Positions 39,301-50,400 of a stretch of DNA of 64,000 bases are shown here, in pieces. Source of the stretch: Stylophora pistillata (lineage: Eukaryota); contig NW_019217952.1 of assembly GCF_002571385.2 (NCBI RefSeq), forward strand, positions 137,938 through 201,937, given 5' to 3'. The translations under genes were made by a program, and so were the position numbers. The number at the start of each line of letters is the position of its first letter. Within the stretch, counting starts at the first letter, position 1. The notes below the pieces were generated by a model. That model did no database searches. It was not told where the DNA came from and worked only from the letters and a program-made list of their open reading frames with translations.

Positions 39301-42300
39301 GAAAAAGAGGTTTAAACCTCAGAGGAGTAGATGTAGGGTCATCTATTGCCTGGCAAAGAAAACTTGTCCCCCCACTTCTTTCCCCTCCCCCTCCCCCTGT
39401 GATTCTGCAGTGTCCCGGATGGCACTGAGCGTTGAAATCAGTCAAACAGTTGCTCAAGAATTCTCAAGAATGACTCATGATGCAACTCGGCCAACTCCCC
39501 AACATTCCTAATGATATACAGAGTCTATAAATCCTTTTTACTCTGCTTATAGTTTCAGCGGATAAGGTGTCTTCAGCCGGGCCGCAGTTTTGTCAGGCCG
39601 CTCACAACATTACTGCAATTCCTTCCAGTGGACTCAGAGTCAAGGTCGCCACCGGTGGAGACCCAGTCTTCCCTCTGAAAGTTGTACTCCAGGGAGAGCA
39701 GGTCCTGGGGTCAGGTAATGCTAAGGAACATTTCGTAGCGCGATATGCGTCATTATTTCATACCTTCTATCCATTAACCTGGGTTTAGATATGTACAGTG
39801 TTCCATGTGAAAACTTTAGATGCTTTATTGGCCATGTGATCAATTCTAAGTTTGAGGTGACATTCTATCTTTTTGATATTGGTACAATATTTAACAATTA
39901 TTCTTTGAAATCGAGGTGAATAGTGGCTAAATATTCCCGAAAGCCACTATTCACCGAGATTGAAAAGAATAATTGTTTTAGTATATACACACGAAGTGAT
40001 CTCGACAAAATTAAAAGAAGCCATTTAAAGGCAATTTCTGCTTCTGAAACTTTAACGAAACGCGAGTTTACCCCCGCTATTTTGTTTTTCACATAATCCA
40101 CTCGCTCGGAGGTGTACATTGTTGATTAGCCCGAGATGGCGAACCAATCAGATTGCTTGAAACGCCAAGATCACTGAGTGTGTATATACTAATTATGTTT
40201 GTACGTCTGCGTGCCTGCCACACATTTTGTGCCTCATCTTGCTAGGTTTTGACCTCTTTATACTCAGGATCGTGCGACTGAGTAATTCTCCCTTTTTAGC
40301 CGCCAGTCATTTCCCTGTAAATTGACGAGGGAAATTTTTTTTACATCAGGATAACACCCATAGGTTAAAACGTCTATCAGTTTTTATTGCTTATGTGTTA
40401 GAAAGGGTAAAAATTACACAACGTTTATTGCACATCAAACTAATTACGTACGTGTCTTTTTTTTGTCTAGCTTCACTTTGCATTCCATATCTGATATGAT
40501 CTCCGCGGTGGCGATTACCGCACTGGCTGACTTTCTGATTGCATGCCACAGGATTTACATCTTTTTTGCTTCTTTTATTTCAGGCGGCTCATTCCGTCAC
40601 TTCATGTGGCTGATGGCGCGTGAACTCCAGGGTACCCATGTGGGGCTTTTAGTACCATGCCCTAGCACTGCTGCTAACAAGAACAAGGTGTGTCATCTGA
40701 AGTGAAATTACTTAAATCAGCATACCAGGGAACCCCTCCAAGGGGACTCAATGAAGGAGCCAATTACGTAGGAATTTTCAAGGCTTTGCCGTTCGTTACA
40801 CTTCTTTCTTTCACATTTTTTTCTTCTTTCCTCAGTTATATGACATAGTAACTCTTAGTATAGATAGGCTGTTGAAAATGAAATTTGATGGCTTTTGTTT
40901 TTCCTTTATGCTTATTATAGGGAAAGTTTATTTTGAAGCCGGGTCCCATGACTTATACGGAGGAGGAATTACTTATCTTTTTTGGACAGGTAAAGTTGAA
41001 CTTTTTATGTATTTTTAGTTGAGAAAACCACACTTCTGTTAATCTTGAACATGGAAGTCCTTAGCCACTTGTTGCGAGGAAAAATATGATATCGCAATTT
41101 GTTCTGTTTGACTTTTAAATCTATTTTTCATAACTGTGTTGCCACTCCTTAAAGGGTTGTAGAATTCCTGAAACAAGGCTGTGCTCTAAGAAAAATTGAA
41201 GGGAGCCCAGTGCTCTGAAACTGTGAAATCCAGGGTGCCCGGCATATGCTTTCTATAAAAAAGCTAAGATTCCTGAGTCGCCCAAGAGCAAAAATAACGC
41301 GCCAAGGGCCACCGGGCGCTGCTAGGCTACAGCCCTGCTGAAAGTTTACTTATTTAATATGTTAGCCTATCTTTCTGTTGTGCTATAAGTGTCCTTGTAT
41401 CAATAAATGAGATAAATTTGTAGAATAGTAATATAACACTTTCCAGCCGATTGGCTTGTCTCTGACCTCATCTGGGTGACGTATTGATACTATAGGAAGG
41501 AATTAGGTGTTATTCACTTTTTTCTACACAGCTACTGGGGATTGCACTAAGAGCTGATATTCCACTCGCACTGGATTTGTTACCTTGCTTCTGGAAAAGC
41601 TTGTTGAACCTGCCGTTGGACCCGCAGGACGACCTCAGAGAAACTGACATTCTCACTTATAACTACTTACGACGATTTTCAGAGGTAACGTTTACGTTTT
41701 GGGTGTATTTCTGGCATTAGGAGGCATGCTAAGTTGTTTTTACACCCGATGATTACTTGATTGTGCATTCCTGACAGACACGGAGGCTGCATGCTGCTTT
41801 GATGCCCTAATTTTCCCTAGTCGGCCACACCCTTGCTAGTTGTTCATCGTGGGTTGTCATTGTTGTCTCTGTTTGTAGACAGTTTCTCTTGGAGTCTTTC
41901 GATACATAGTTTTTGCCGGACGCTAACGGCGAACGTCCCCTCCTGGTCGTTTCTGCTCTTGATTTAAAAACTATCTGAATTTAAGTAAAAGTAAAGTAAA
42001 AGCTTTATTAATGTGTCGATGTATTTAGTTTTCACAACTAATTGGGGACGTTATTTACTGTTCAACGATCTTTTTGCGATTTGAGTAAAGGACATTTTAA
42101 CCAGATCAAACCCAGTTTTTTTTTCCNNNNNNNNNNNNNNNNNNNNTTTTTTTTTTTTTTTTTTTTTGCGCTATTTGATTGGAAGTGCCGTTGTACTCTT
42201 TCCACGGTAGATCCTTTCTAATAAAGATTTTTAAGCCGTTAAAAATTGTGTAGTGTCAATATCAACTACAAACCAATGTATTTAAAACGAGACAGGCGAC

Positions 42301-44860
42301 CTTGGATGGCATACGTGATGTATGTTTATTCTTTTTTAGGTGGAAAGCGCGGAGGAATTTCAAATGTTGTGTTTTGAAGCTGATCTGTGCCCATATCGAT
42401 TTGTTTACACCTCCCTCGACGGCGAAGAAGTAGAACTGTGTGAAAATGGAGCTGATGTAGCCGTTACGTAAGTAAAAGGTCTACTGTGGGGATCTGTATC
42501 CAACAACGTGCAGAGTAGACTGAGCACAGGAGAAAACCAATCGATAATATATATTTTTTTTACCAGGACAAATTCATGAAAAGTATATGTTAAGTTTGAA
42601 ACCCAAGTAAGACAGAAGTTATGAATCCATCAGGTCCTTAAATGGAGTGTTAGAGGACGAATAGTTGTTGAGAATTCAATCGATCGAGCTAAAATAAGGT
42701 TTTTGTAGATTATGAACATTAAGTGAAAAATAATTTACTTTTCGTGGATAAGATAACCCAACTTACGCCCTTTCTTATTAGTAGAAAAAGAATTGTTGTC
42801 TCTCTCTGCCGTAGATGGGAGAATCACAGATCATACGTACAAGCAATTAGAGATTTACGACTCAAGGAGCTGCGATGTGAGTCACGTATGGCGGCTGTTC
42901 GTTGTGGTCTGTCCTCAGTGGTCCCTCTGCACGTACTCACAGTCATGACTCCGCTGGACATGGAGATTCGAACGTGCGGGCAACCCTCTCTTGACCTAGG
43001 ATTTCTCAAGGTTTATCACTCTATTCCATCATTTTACATGATTTATAGTCGTACTGATACTTTGGCACAGTATGGAAGTAGAATTCGAGGGATGTTCTTG
43101 TGATTTTCATGTTTTTCACGAGCATTTTTTATTATTACGATGCCCCTAGGTGCCTCATGGAGAAACAAACCCATTTACTTTAACTAGAGACAAAGCTATC
43201 TTGGCTGGTCAACGAAATTGGAACAGAATGCTTTTTTGGTCGCCGGTCGTAAACCGACAGCAAAATTATCAATACAGCCAATCAGGAAAAAGGTTAACAT
43301 TGTGAGGAGCCAATCAGAACTTGAGAAAATACGTGCAAATTACAGATTAAGGCGCCGCCCAAGTGCTTGTAAGGAACGAATTTGTAGACTGATAAATGTT
43401 TTTTTTTTTCCTTTTCTTTTTTGCCAGGCCCACACTTGCTATGTAGCAGGGGTGAAAGATACTGATGTGCACATTGAATACTTCTGGAACTCAATGGAAA
43501 GTTTTTCTCAGGTTTGTGATTCAACCCTTAAACTTTTAAGCTGTGATTAATAAATCTTTCTCTTAGCTGCTTCATGCTAACTTACAAATCAGTTCAGAGA
43601 ATTGTTAGTTACATCATCATCTACCCTTTTACCACGAGATTACTTGAGGACATGTCAAAACTGCGATAGAGGCTACATGTTGATCCGTTATTGGATTTAT
43701 AACTAGAAATGTGGCATTTGTACGTACAATTTTGTGCCGTACTTGGGTGAATATCTTTTGGCTGTTATATGTCGGCTTTGTGATGGACCCCGAGAAGGAG
43801 AATCAGAGAGAAGATTGGCAGAAATGATTTCGGTCTTTTTGTGAGAAAATCAAACAAATGAAAGGAAGCCAAACTCAAGTCTCTCTTTTTCAACCTCGTT
43901 TAGCCAAGAAACAAAAAGCCAAGTAACTATAAAACTAGAACGGAAGGACAAAAATCAGATGGCATTAAGAATGTCATCACATAGACCGCATTCAATTCAC
44001 AGCTCTTCACTTAAGTTTGTTCTCTTCTTCGCTCTCAGGACCAGCTGCGAAAATTTGTGAAGTTTGCTTGTAATCAGGAAAGGTTACCAAGCCGATGCAC
44101 TTGTCAGGACGGCAATCCTAACACAGCTGATGTACACGTCCCGCCATACCCCATGAAAATTGGTCCCCCTGACGGGAGAGGTGAGTTGCAACTTTTTGTA
44201 ACAGTGTACATTGTTGCTCTTGTGAGTGAATAACAGTGTTATTGCTTGACAGTGGCTAGCGGAATTTCCAGGTTTTTTTTAATTGTATACATTAATTGGT
44301 TGTACAGTAATAATTGCCCCCCACAAGTTTTCCAGCCCAGAGGCCAGTAATTAGTAAATTGTAGTAGTACATGGTAAATTTTCTTACTTCTATTAGTTTT
44401 CTGGAGAAGAAGAGAGAGGGAATTATGAATAATCCAAGTTATAGTGCTTTTGTGGAGCACCTGGATTGATTAACAACGTACTGATGGATATGATTCGAGC
44501 TGAGCTTGTAGGGGCGTCGGGGAGGGGGGAATTTTGGAAGTAGGGATACTCTTCAGGGAACATTTGCAATAATGGCTGTCTCTGTTTTAAGTTTGTCCGA
44601 TCAAGGCTACAGTTACAGCGAAGTTTCTTCCCAAATCGAGTGTAGGGTAAAGCTATTTTTGATTGTTTGTCTGTAGATTTTTTATCACTTTCAGTTCCGG
44701 GTTGATTGACATTTCAGGTCCTTCAGACGCGCGGTACATACGGGTAGAAACATGTATGTTTATGGTGAAACTACCTCAATACTCGACCCAAGAAATTATG
44801 ACTGAGAAGTTGTTATATGCTATAAACTGCCGTGAAGACCCACTGACGGATATCACGTAA
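6339..44860 (+). CDS. HECTD4: HECT-domain E3 ubiquitin ligase HECTD4, spliced. Visible exons: 6339-7018, 7839-8159, 9172-9310, 9573-9906, 10344-10481, 10990-11097, 11785-11919, 12093-12648, 13587-13707, 14254-14346, 14540-14617, 15393-15614, 19210(or 19255/19300/19345)-19505, 20720-20808, 21470-21684, 21759-22015, 22428-22597, 22912-23222, 23634-23793, 24325-24756, 24916-25194, 25578-25941, 26643-26798, 26992-27158, 27592-27964, 28379-28530, 29117-29342, 30027-30270, 31148-31401, 31538-31794, 33845-34106, 34507-34897, 35108-35912, 36147-37591, 38166-38356, 38790-39056, 39553-39714, 40584-40687, 40921-40989, 41532-41684, 42340-42467, 42815-43010, 43428-43511, 44039-44180, 44718-44860. Some exons appear absent near 15615-19209 and 20407
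   Basis: The N-terminus [15 protein letters not shown]...SQSRTDPSL...ALVALACAR matches HECTD4. A central SPRY domain ([10 protein letters not shown]...DVIGCG...VRVNFG) and a C-terminal HECT domain ending [18 protein letters not shown]...REDPL with the catalytic Cys are present. Splice phases agree except across 19505-20720. Confidence 0.95.
8505..8620. repeat. Degenerate (GTTGAATG)n-like simple repeat
   Basis: Repeated TTGAAT(G/A)G units. Confidence 0.7.
10567..10730. mobile_element. 164-bp MITE, copy 1
   Basis: Termini CAAGGCTGTGCTCTAAG...CTAGACCACAGCTTTG, flanked by an ATCTG direct repeat. A homologous copy lies at 41174-41337. Confidence 0.75.
11461..11632. repeat. 41-bp minisatellite, about 4 copies
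   Basis: Unit AAACCAACACTGTTGTTAGGAAGCTTACTTAATTTGTTAGC, with degenerate 20/21-bp subunits on both flanks. Confidence 0.85.
14685..15040. mobile_element. MITE-like element with TA ends
   Basis: TAGAGGGATTTAA ... CTAAATCTCCCTA imperfect terminal inverted repeats. Confidence 0.55.
15626..16206. repeat. 581-bp foldback palindrome (non-autonomous element)
   Basis: Arms 15626-15868 and 15964-16206 (243 bp each) are reverse complements with one visible mismatch. The 95-bp spacer is itself an imperfect hairpin closing on GGC-TATC-GCC. Confidence 0.95.
16212..16382 (-). CDS. nad4L: Mitochondrial NADH dehydrogenase subunit 4L, 3'-truncated at the junction
   Basis: [40 protein letters not shown]; overlaps cox2 by 19 bp; lacks the C-terminal AAAES motif. 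Confidence 0.9.
16364..17164 (-). CDS. cox2: Mitochondrial cytochrome c oxidase subunit II (801 bp, open in genetic code 4)
   Basis: FQD...FFHD...GHQWYWSYEY...DVLHSF...[15 protein letters not shown] (CuA ligands), with an N-terminal extension from the ATG at 17164. Confidence 0.95.
17176..17955 (-). CDS. cox3: Mitochondrial cytochrome c oxidase subunit III (780 bp, open in genetic code 4)
   Basis: [15 protein letters not shown]...[12 protein letters not shown]...[12 protein letters not shown]...[22 protein letters not shown]. Confidence 0.97.
17956..18867 (-). rRNA. rns: Mitochondrial small-subunit (12S) rRNA
   Basis: SSU motifs on the minus strand: GTGCCAGCAGACGCGGTAA, ACAGGATTAGAGACCCTGGTAGTC, GTTGCATGGCCGTCGTCA, AAGTCGTAACATAGTA. 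Lies between nad4 and cox3; ends are approximate. Confidence 0.93.
18868..19028 (-). CDS. nad4: Mitochondrial NADH dehydrogenase subunit 4, C-terminal fragment
   Basis: [51 protein letters not shown] (DLSRRE motif), immediately upstream of 12S. Confidence 0.88.
19203..19381 (+). repeat. 45-bp tandem repeat x4 spanning a HECTD4 splice acceptor
   Basis: Unit TTTTCAG|GAGCACGAGGAAAA..CT.CTAACCT...TTCTTTGC; exon starts possible at 19210, 19255, 19300 and 19345. Confidence 0.92.
19743..20111. mobile_element. MITE with 15-bp perfect TIRs
   Basis: TAGGGACCTTAAGCA ... TGCTTAAGGTCCCTA. Confidence 0.8.
20421..20580 (+). mobile_element. tRNA-derived SINE-like element next to a single-N gap at 20407
   Basis: GGCTTGTTAGCTCAATTGGTAGAGCG...GGTTCGAATCCC boxes followed by AGGCCTGAATTTTTTCAGGTCT. 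Stems are imperfect, so it is not called a functional tRNA. Confidence 0.65.
28634..29060. repeat. 144-bp tandem repeat x3 (intronic)
   Basis: Units start at 28634, 28778 and 28922 (AAACAAAGGTTCCTCCTAAG...); near-identical. Confidence 0.92.
38554..38720. repeat. 42-bp minisatellite x4
   Basis: Unit GACATAGCACCGAATTCTGTCCACCTATTTCCATAGGAAAGC. Confidence 0.92.
39888..40193. mobile_element. Palindromic non-autonomous element
   Basis: Hairpin AACAATTATTCTTT..GGTGAATAGTGGCT / AGCCACTATTCACC..AAAGAATAATTGTT, plus the inverted pair TTAGTATATACAC / GTGTATATACTAA. Confidence 0.65.
41174..41337. mobile_element. 164-bp MITE, copy 2
   Basis: Homologous to 10567-10730; flanked by a CTGAAA direct repeat. 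Confidence 0.75.
42127..42146. other. Assembly gap (N run)
   Basis: Run of N next to poly-T. Confidence 1.
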
Positions 44861-46614
44861 CGCTGTTCAAAGGAAACTCTGAAAATGAAAACAAAAACAA
44901 AAAAACAGAAAAAAAACCATCATCAACTGATCAGAAGGATTAAAAAAACAAATGGAGCGAAAACTGTAGGTGTTGTTCATTTGGTGGTTTTTTGCGCAGA
45001 GTAGCCGCGGAAGGCATTGGAAGGAAAAGACAATGACTTTGCATTCTGTTTCTTTGGCGGATTAACTGCACCTACCTGCTAATGATATAATGTCCTAAAG
45101 ACAAGTGCGTGCAGTATTTTCTACAAAATGACTTATAAGCAGTAATTATTACACAATTCAAGTTTCCACGATGATTTAAAACGAATTTGAAGCTCTTTTG
45201 GATCAGATATTTATGCTTGGCGTTAGAAAGATCGAAAATGTTGGTGTTTTTTAACGGACCTTATTTGATATATTAATACATTTCCATTCCTGTGTGTAAT
45301 GATTTCATTATGCATGTGGTTACAACTAATGAAGTAATTTTAAACCAAGTTTTTCCAAGCAAAAAATAGTAAAAGATTGCAAAGAGTAAGAAGTATTTTA
45401 AGATCATTGTGAACCTTGCCTCGAAGTGATTATTTTCTGCAAGAAAAACAAAGTGGATATTTTACAAGTATTACGATGATAGAAAAATAAACTTGATAAT
45501 TTAAAGTTCCTTCTCTTGTTTATCTCTCATCTTATTCTGTTGTAACTAAATTTTGATTTTCTGGGCCACTTTTTCTTTGTTATTTCCTTTTCCTGTATTG
45601 ACTGTCAGTGTAAACGTAATTTTACCGGGAGAAGGACTCAAATAATGATCGTCAGCTTGTAAACAGGATTATGTCAATTAAACAAGACATTTTATGGCGC
45701 TGTTTACGTGAAAATGGCCATTTAACCAGGGAGCTGTTCACAAAAGAATATTTCGCGTTCCATAATGCGTTCACCTGAAGCAGCAAAAAAAAAATACTTG
45801 AATTGCAAATTACAACATGAATATTCAATTTTTCCCTCCGCAAGACCCAAACGGATCGCTCAGGAGGCCATCTTCGAACCCAACAATGGAAAAAAAAAGT
45901 TTCAAAGTCGACGTTGCCATCGTCACCAGTGGCGTATATCGTCGTGCTTCGAAGAATAAAGAGGTGGGCCATCAACTAGTAGCGTACAAGAACTCCGCGA
46001 TTAAGTAATGGCCTCAGACACGTGCTTAGCATGTAAAATGTCTTCAAGAAATTGTTCGTGGAAACATTTGAAGGAAGGTAAGAAAACAACCTATTTTTTT
46101 CCTTGTAGATATTATTTTAGCGATATTAGATCAACATTTAGAATAAATGTGCTCAAACGTTTACCAAATACAAGTTGACTAACGGTCGTGTCATCATAAT
46201 ATTGATGAGGACTGAGAGGGGTGGAGTGGAATAATTCTGGGGGAGAGGGCGTCTTGGTTTGCACGAGGTTTCCATAGCAGTAAGAAATAAAATTCGTAAT
46301 TGAATACTGTTACTAACCCAGTACAGTACATGGTGCTGGGCGAACAAACTATGTCCACTATGTGGTCTACCCTATTCGCTTTATGAAAGAAAACTTTCTC
46401 GAGACTCTCGTCGACTAAAATTTGTTAAAAAATAATTTGTCCTAAACCGGTAATCTTCCAACGGCAAAGGTCAATGTTGTGCCAACTACACTTAAGTATC
46501 ATGTTTTGATAGGTCGCAAATATGTTCTAAGTTGATATTAGTTTTAGTCAGACAAAAAATAAATTTTTGTGGCCACTGCCTCCTATAGAATAGGAGTAGC
46601 ATCACTATAGAATA

Positions 46615-46900
46615 GCAGTAGCCTCACCAGTAGATGTAAAGCAAACAAGCTCCGCGTCCCCAAGAGCAAGCTGAAGAACTATGGTGATCTAGCGTTTGCA
46701 GTCGCAGCTCCTGGCCTGTGGAACAATCTCTCTCCGCAAATAAGATCAGTAGAAACCTTGTTCAAATTTGGTAAGATTTCCGTATAACCCCATACTCATT
46801 ATGCATTCATTCTTGGATTAAGGAAGCAGAGGCAAAACAATAGATTTCCTTTGGGACTACGGCTTTGTTTTTGATTGGTATGGGGTTATAGGCGGATTCA

Positions 46901-46932
<32 letters not shown>

Positions 46933-47470
46933 TGCATACGGCTTTGCGTAAAGAAGGAAGCATGTTAGATACAAATTGACTTCAGGCAGCTAAAGAGCTA
47001 GAAAACCTCAGTACATGGTGAAATTTTTAGCTCTTTGGGTGTAATATTCAAGGAGAAATGGTCCATCAAAAACTGCAAAATTTCTCGGTGGCAAAAGCGC
47101 TAATGAGCTCATACATTCTATGTAAAATTTTGAGTTTTTAAACCCGTGTTGCACAAAAAGTATTCAATGCATCAGGCTCGTTTTCATTGGCCGAGTTAAT
47201 CGTACTTTGACCTTTCGATATTCCGAACTGATTTATTTTTAGCTCCATCAGAAACTGAATTGCTTATGCTAATGAGGCAAATATTGTAAACAAGGATTCC
47301 CCTATACGGAAATCTTTCCGTTTTCTGATGGTAATATTTTATTTCTGAGGGTGTCAACTATTATAATTTTATATGATAGGTAATAATGTAAATGTATTAT
47401 CATCGTTAGACGTTTGTAAAGCGCCTAGAACTTTAGGATTAGGCGCTGTGCGAGTAATTGAATTATTATT
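46615..47470 (+). mobile_element. L2-type LINE 3' fragment interrupted by nested inverted-repeat elements (46770-47319)
   Basis: RVPKSKLKNYGDLAFAVAAPGLWNNLSPQIR fragment; 3' stem-loop GTAAAGCGCCTAG...TAGGCGCT and an (ATT)n tail; inserted block bounded by AAGATTTCCGTATA / TATACGGAAATCTT. Confidence 0.65.
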
Positions 47471-50400
47471 AAGAGGAGGCCAGTAGCCAAATATGTCGAG
47501 GAAATGTATGAGGGTATCGATAGAATGCCGAACTTCACCCGATTTTAACCCGATGTCACTTATTGTTTGTTTCGGAGTAATTGTGTCATATCAGTAGCCA
47601 CATGCAGTATCAGACAGCCCATTTTTCTATCTATCATCTTGAGTAGATATGTGAAAGGAGACATGCATAACGAAAATGGAACTTATTGCTTGTGAAATAG
47701 ACGATCACTTTGCTAATACATTATGGTTTTAGTCGTTGAATTTATCTTGGTTCTCATATTTTTCAATATACTCAATTTTCCTTCATCTTTCATCGGGCAG
47801 ATTTTGAATTCAAGAAAAACAAAGGAAAAAAATCAGCAGTAAATGAGAAAGGAATTGAAGAGAATCACAAGAGAGACGAGAGAGAAGAGACGAGAGAGGA
47901 AACGTGAGTTAATTGCTTTATATGATGTAATTTTTGTAACACCAATTTGATATTTGGTTACAGTCGGTGTATGCAGATTGCCGTATCAGTGTAAGGTTTT
48001 TAAGCAATATTTTAACATCTGTTTTTGTCTTGAAGATTTCTTAAAATAAAGTGGTGAAAATTCGAAAAAATCAGTGCATTAAAATTCCACAATAAGAAAA
48101 CAACCAGAACGAAGCGGAGACCAGTTGCACGAGCTTTTGATTAACAATTCTTGGCCATTTTTGGCATATGTCATTTACCATAAAATTGTTTTCCGATTAG
48201 AATTTTCCTACATTTTTTTTTTATCTCTGGGATATGGCTGTTAGACTGTAGCTTTTTCCTTATTTGCATCCATTTACAATTCATGAAAATGCATATCGTA
48301 GTAGTTTGAGTTGTAAAGGCAGTAAGGCATTCAAGATTCAATTAACACTCAAATCTTTTTTTATGCTATCGTTTAAATTTGTTGTTAAACATCGAAGCAG
48401 AGCAGTCCGCGCAAAACTCGTTTAATAGGTCATGGATAAGCAGTCTGAGTTTTGGCCAACGAGTTTTTCTGATTTCTCAAAAATTCTTTGAATAACTTTA
48501 CCATTCCGTCTGAGTTATTAGTGAAGTCAAACGGATGTGTCTAAATCATTGCAATGTTTTTCACATGTCGGTTTTGTTCGTACCATTATTCGGCATTTAA
48601 TATTCAAGACTGTTTCCAACGTTATTTGCTGGCAAGCTTCAGGATGGTAACTTCACTGATTTTATAGAGATGTGTTGATGTTTCCTTTCTGTCTTGAAAA
48701 AATGAGAATTTCAATCGACCCGATACACGCAAAATAATTATTATTGAGATTCCATGACACATACTTTTAGCGCCTTCTAATTTACATGTTTACAATTCGT
48801 TGCTCGTGAAAGTTTGCCTTTTCGCGAATTCCAAGGTTTTTTTGCAAAATCACAAAACTACATGTTGCACTCGGGTCAGTGTTACACAACAACTAATATG
48901 TCAGTGAACGATACAGAAACATGTTCGAATTTTGCTTTGTTTTGTGTCAAAAAATACTCTAATTGATAAGAGGCAAAGAAAGTCGTTCACGAGTTCTTTT
49001 TGGCTCGTGCATTTGTTGTAATGCGAAGACAATTTCACAGTCGTCTTGGAATAAGTTAATTATTTTACTAGACTCACGGCAATCTGCTTGTATCGGTTAT
49101 AGTTGTTTATCTTTGGATATCTAAATCAACCGTGAGAAGATGAAACGAACAAGAATATTATGAAGAGCTACATGACATTAACAGCCAGTTTGCATGGGAT
49201 TCTTTAATTTGAGGTTCGAGCGAATTCGAGTAATGATAAAGTTTGCTAGTTGGTTTGCCGTTGGAAGGATTCAATATAAATTTGAAATGGTGGATGTATT
49301 CATTAATTCTGTAGTTCCTCTCTCTCTCTCAGGTACTGAATTATCGACAACTGGAGTCAAACTCAAGCAAGAGGTAAAAAGAAACTCTAGAGAAGAGTTC
49401 CAATTTATCAAGGAGATTCTAAGCTGAATCCATTGCGTTTGATTTCCAAAAACCTTCATTTCGACTATTCTTTTTCCAACGTACAATTTCTTTGCGACTA
49501 GGACTGTCAGAAACTTACAGCTCAGTGCTTGGTAAACTTGATGTCGTTTATATTTGTTTCTTTTTTATTAACATCTGTTTAAAAATTATAATTTTCCCGC
49601 CAAAAAACTTAGGAAAAAAAACGGCGCATGCGTATTTTGGGCGCCTGTATTTTTCTATGCTGAATGTTTAGGATTCTGTATATTATTGAATATAATTCAA
49701 TAACCTCAACAATATTGTTTGCTGTTTTATAGTGATCTTTATTTTCTTCCTAAAAACATTTCAGACAATAAACAGTAATACAAGTATTTTGTTTTTCAAT
49801 TACTTTATTCTCTTCTAATATTATTTAATTAGTTGAGTGAATTTCCATTAAGTAGTCAAGAAAAATTCGTTCGAATATATACTAAGACTTTTGGCGGGAA
49901 AATTTGGAGCAATTTGCGCAGAATTTCCCCTGACAACATTTTCAACAAAAAATTCTAAATAGCTTCCCTTAATTTTTTCGCCAAAAGATGTGATCACCTT
50001 GTGCAAAAAATTTTTCCTAAACACTTTTGAACAGCTTAAGTGTCAATTTTTTTCGTAGAGAAATTCATCTTTCTTTCTCTAAAAGTTTGGTGTTTGAATT
50101 TGTTTTCTTTTGCATAAGGTGATATATATACTTTACTACTCTAGAAATAAGATGGCAACTACTAACTATGATGGCAAGCTACAATCAGCTGCTTTATAAC
50201 AACATAAAAGATACTTGCTATGCCGCTGCTCACAAGACCTTTTTCAGCCGTCGGATTATTTTTATTTGTTACACAGGAAATACTTTGACTCTAACTGATC
50301 AACATTTGTGATTAAACTTCAATCTTTCTTAGGAACCAAGTCAGTTGTATTGTTTTAGTCCCGACAATCTGGATAATTGCTTGGCTCCCCGTATCTTTGA

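Noticed and set aside
45652-46080. Cluster of short ORFs and a donor-like GTAAG downstream of HECTD4
   Set aside because: No homology recognised and no coherent exon chain.
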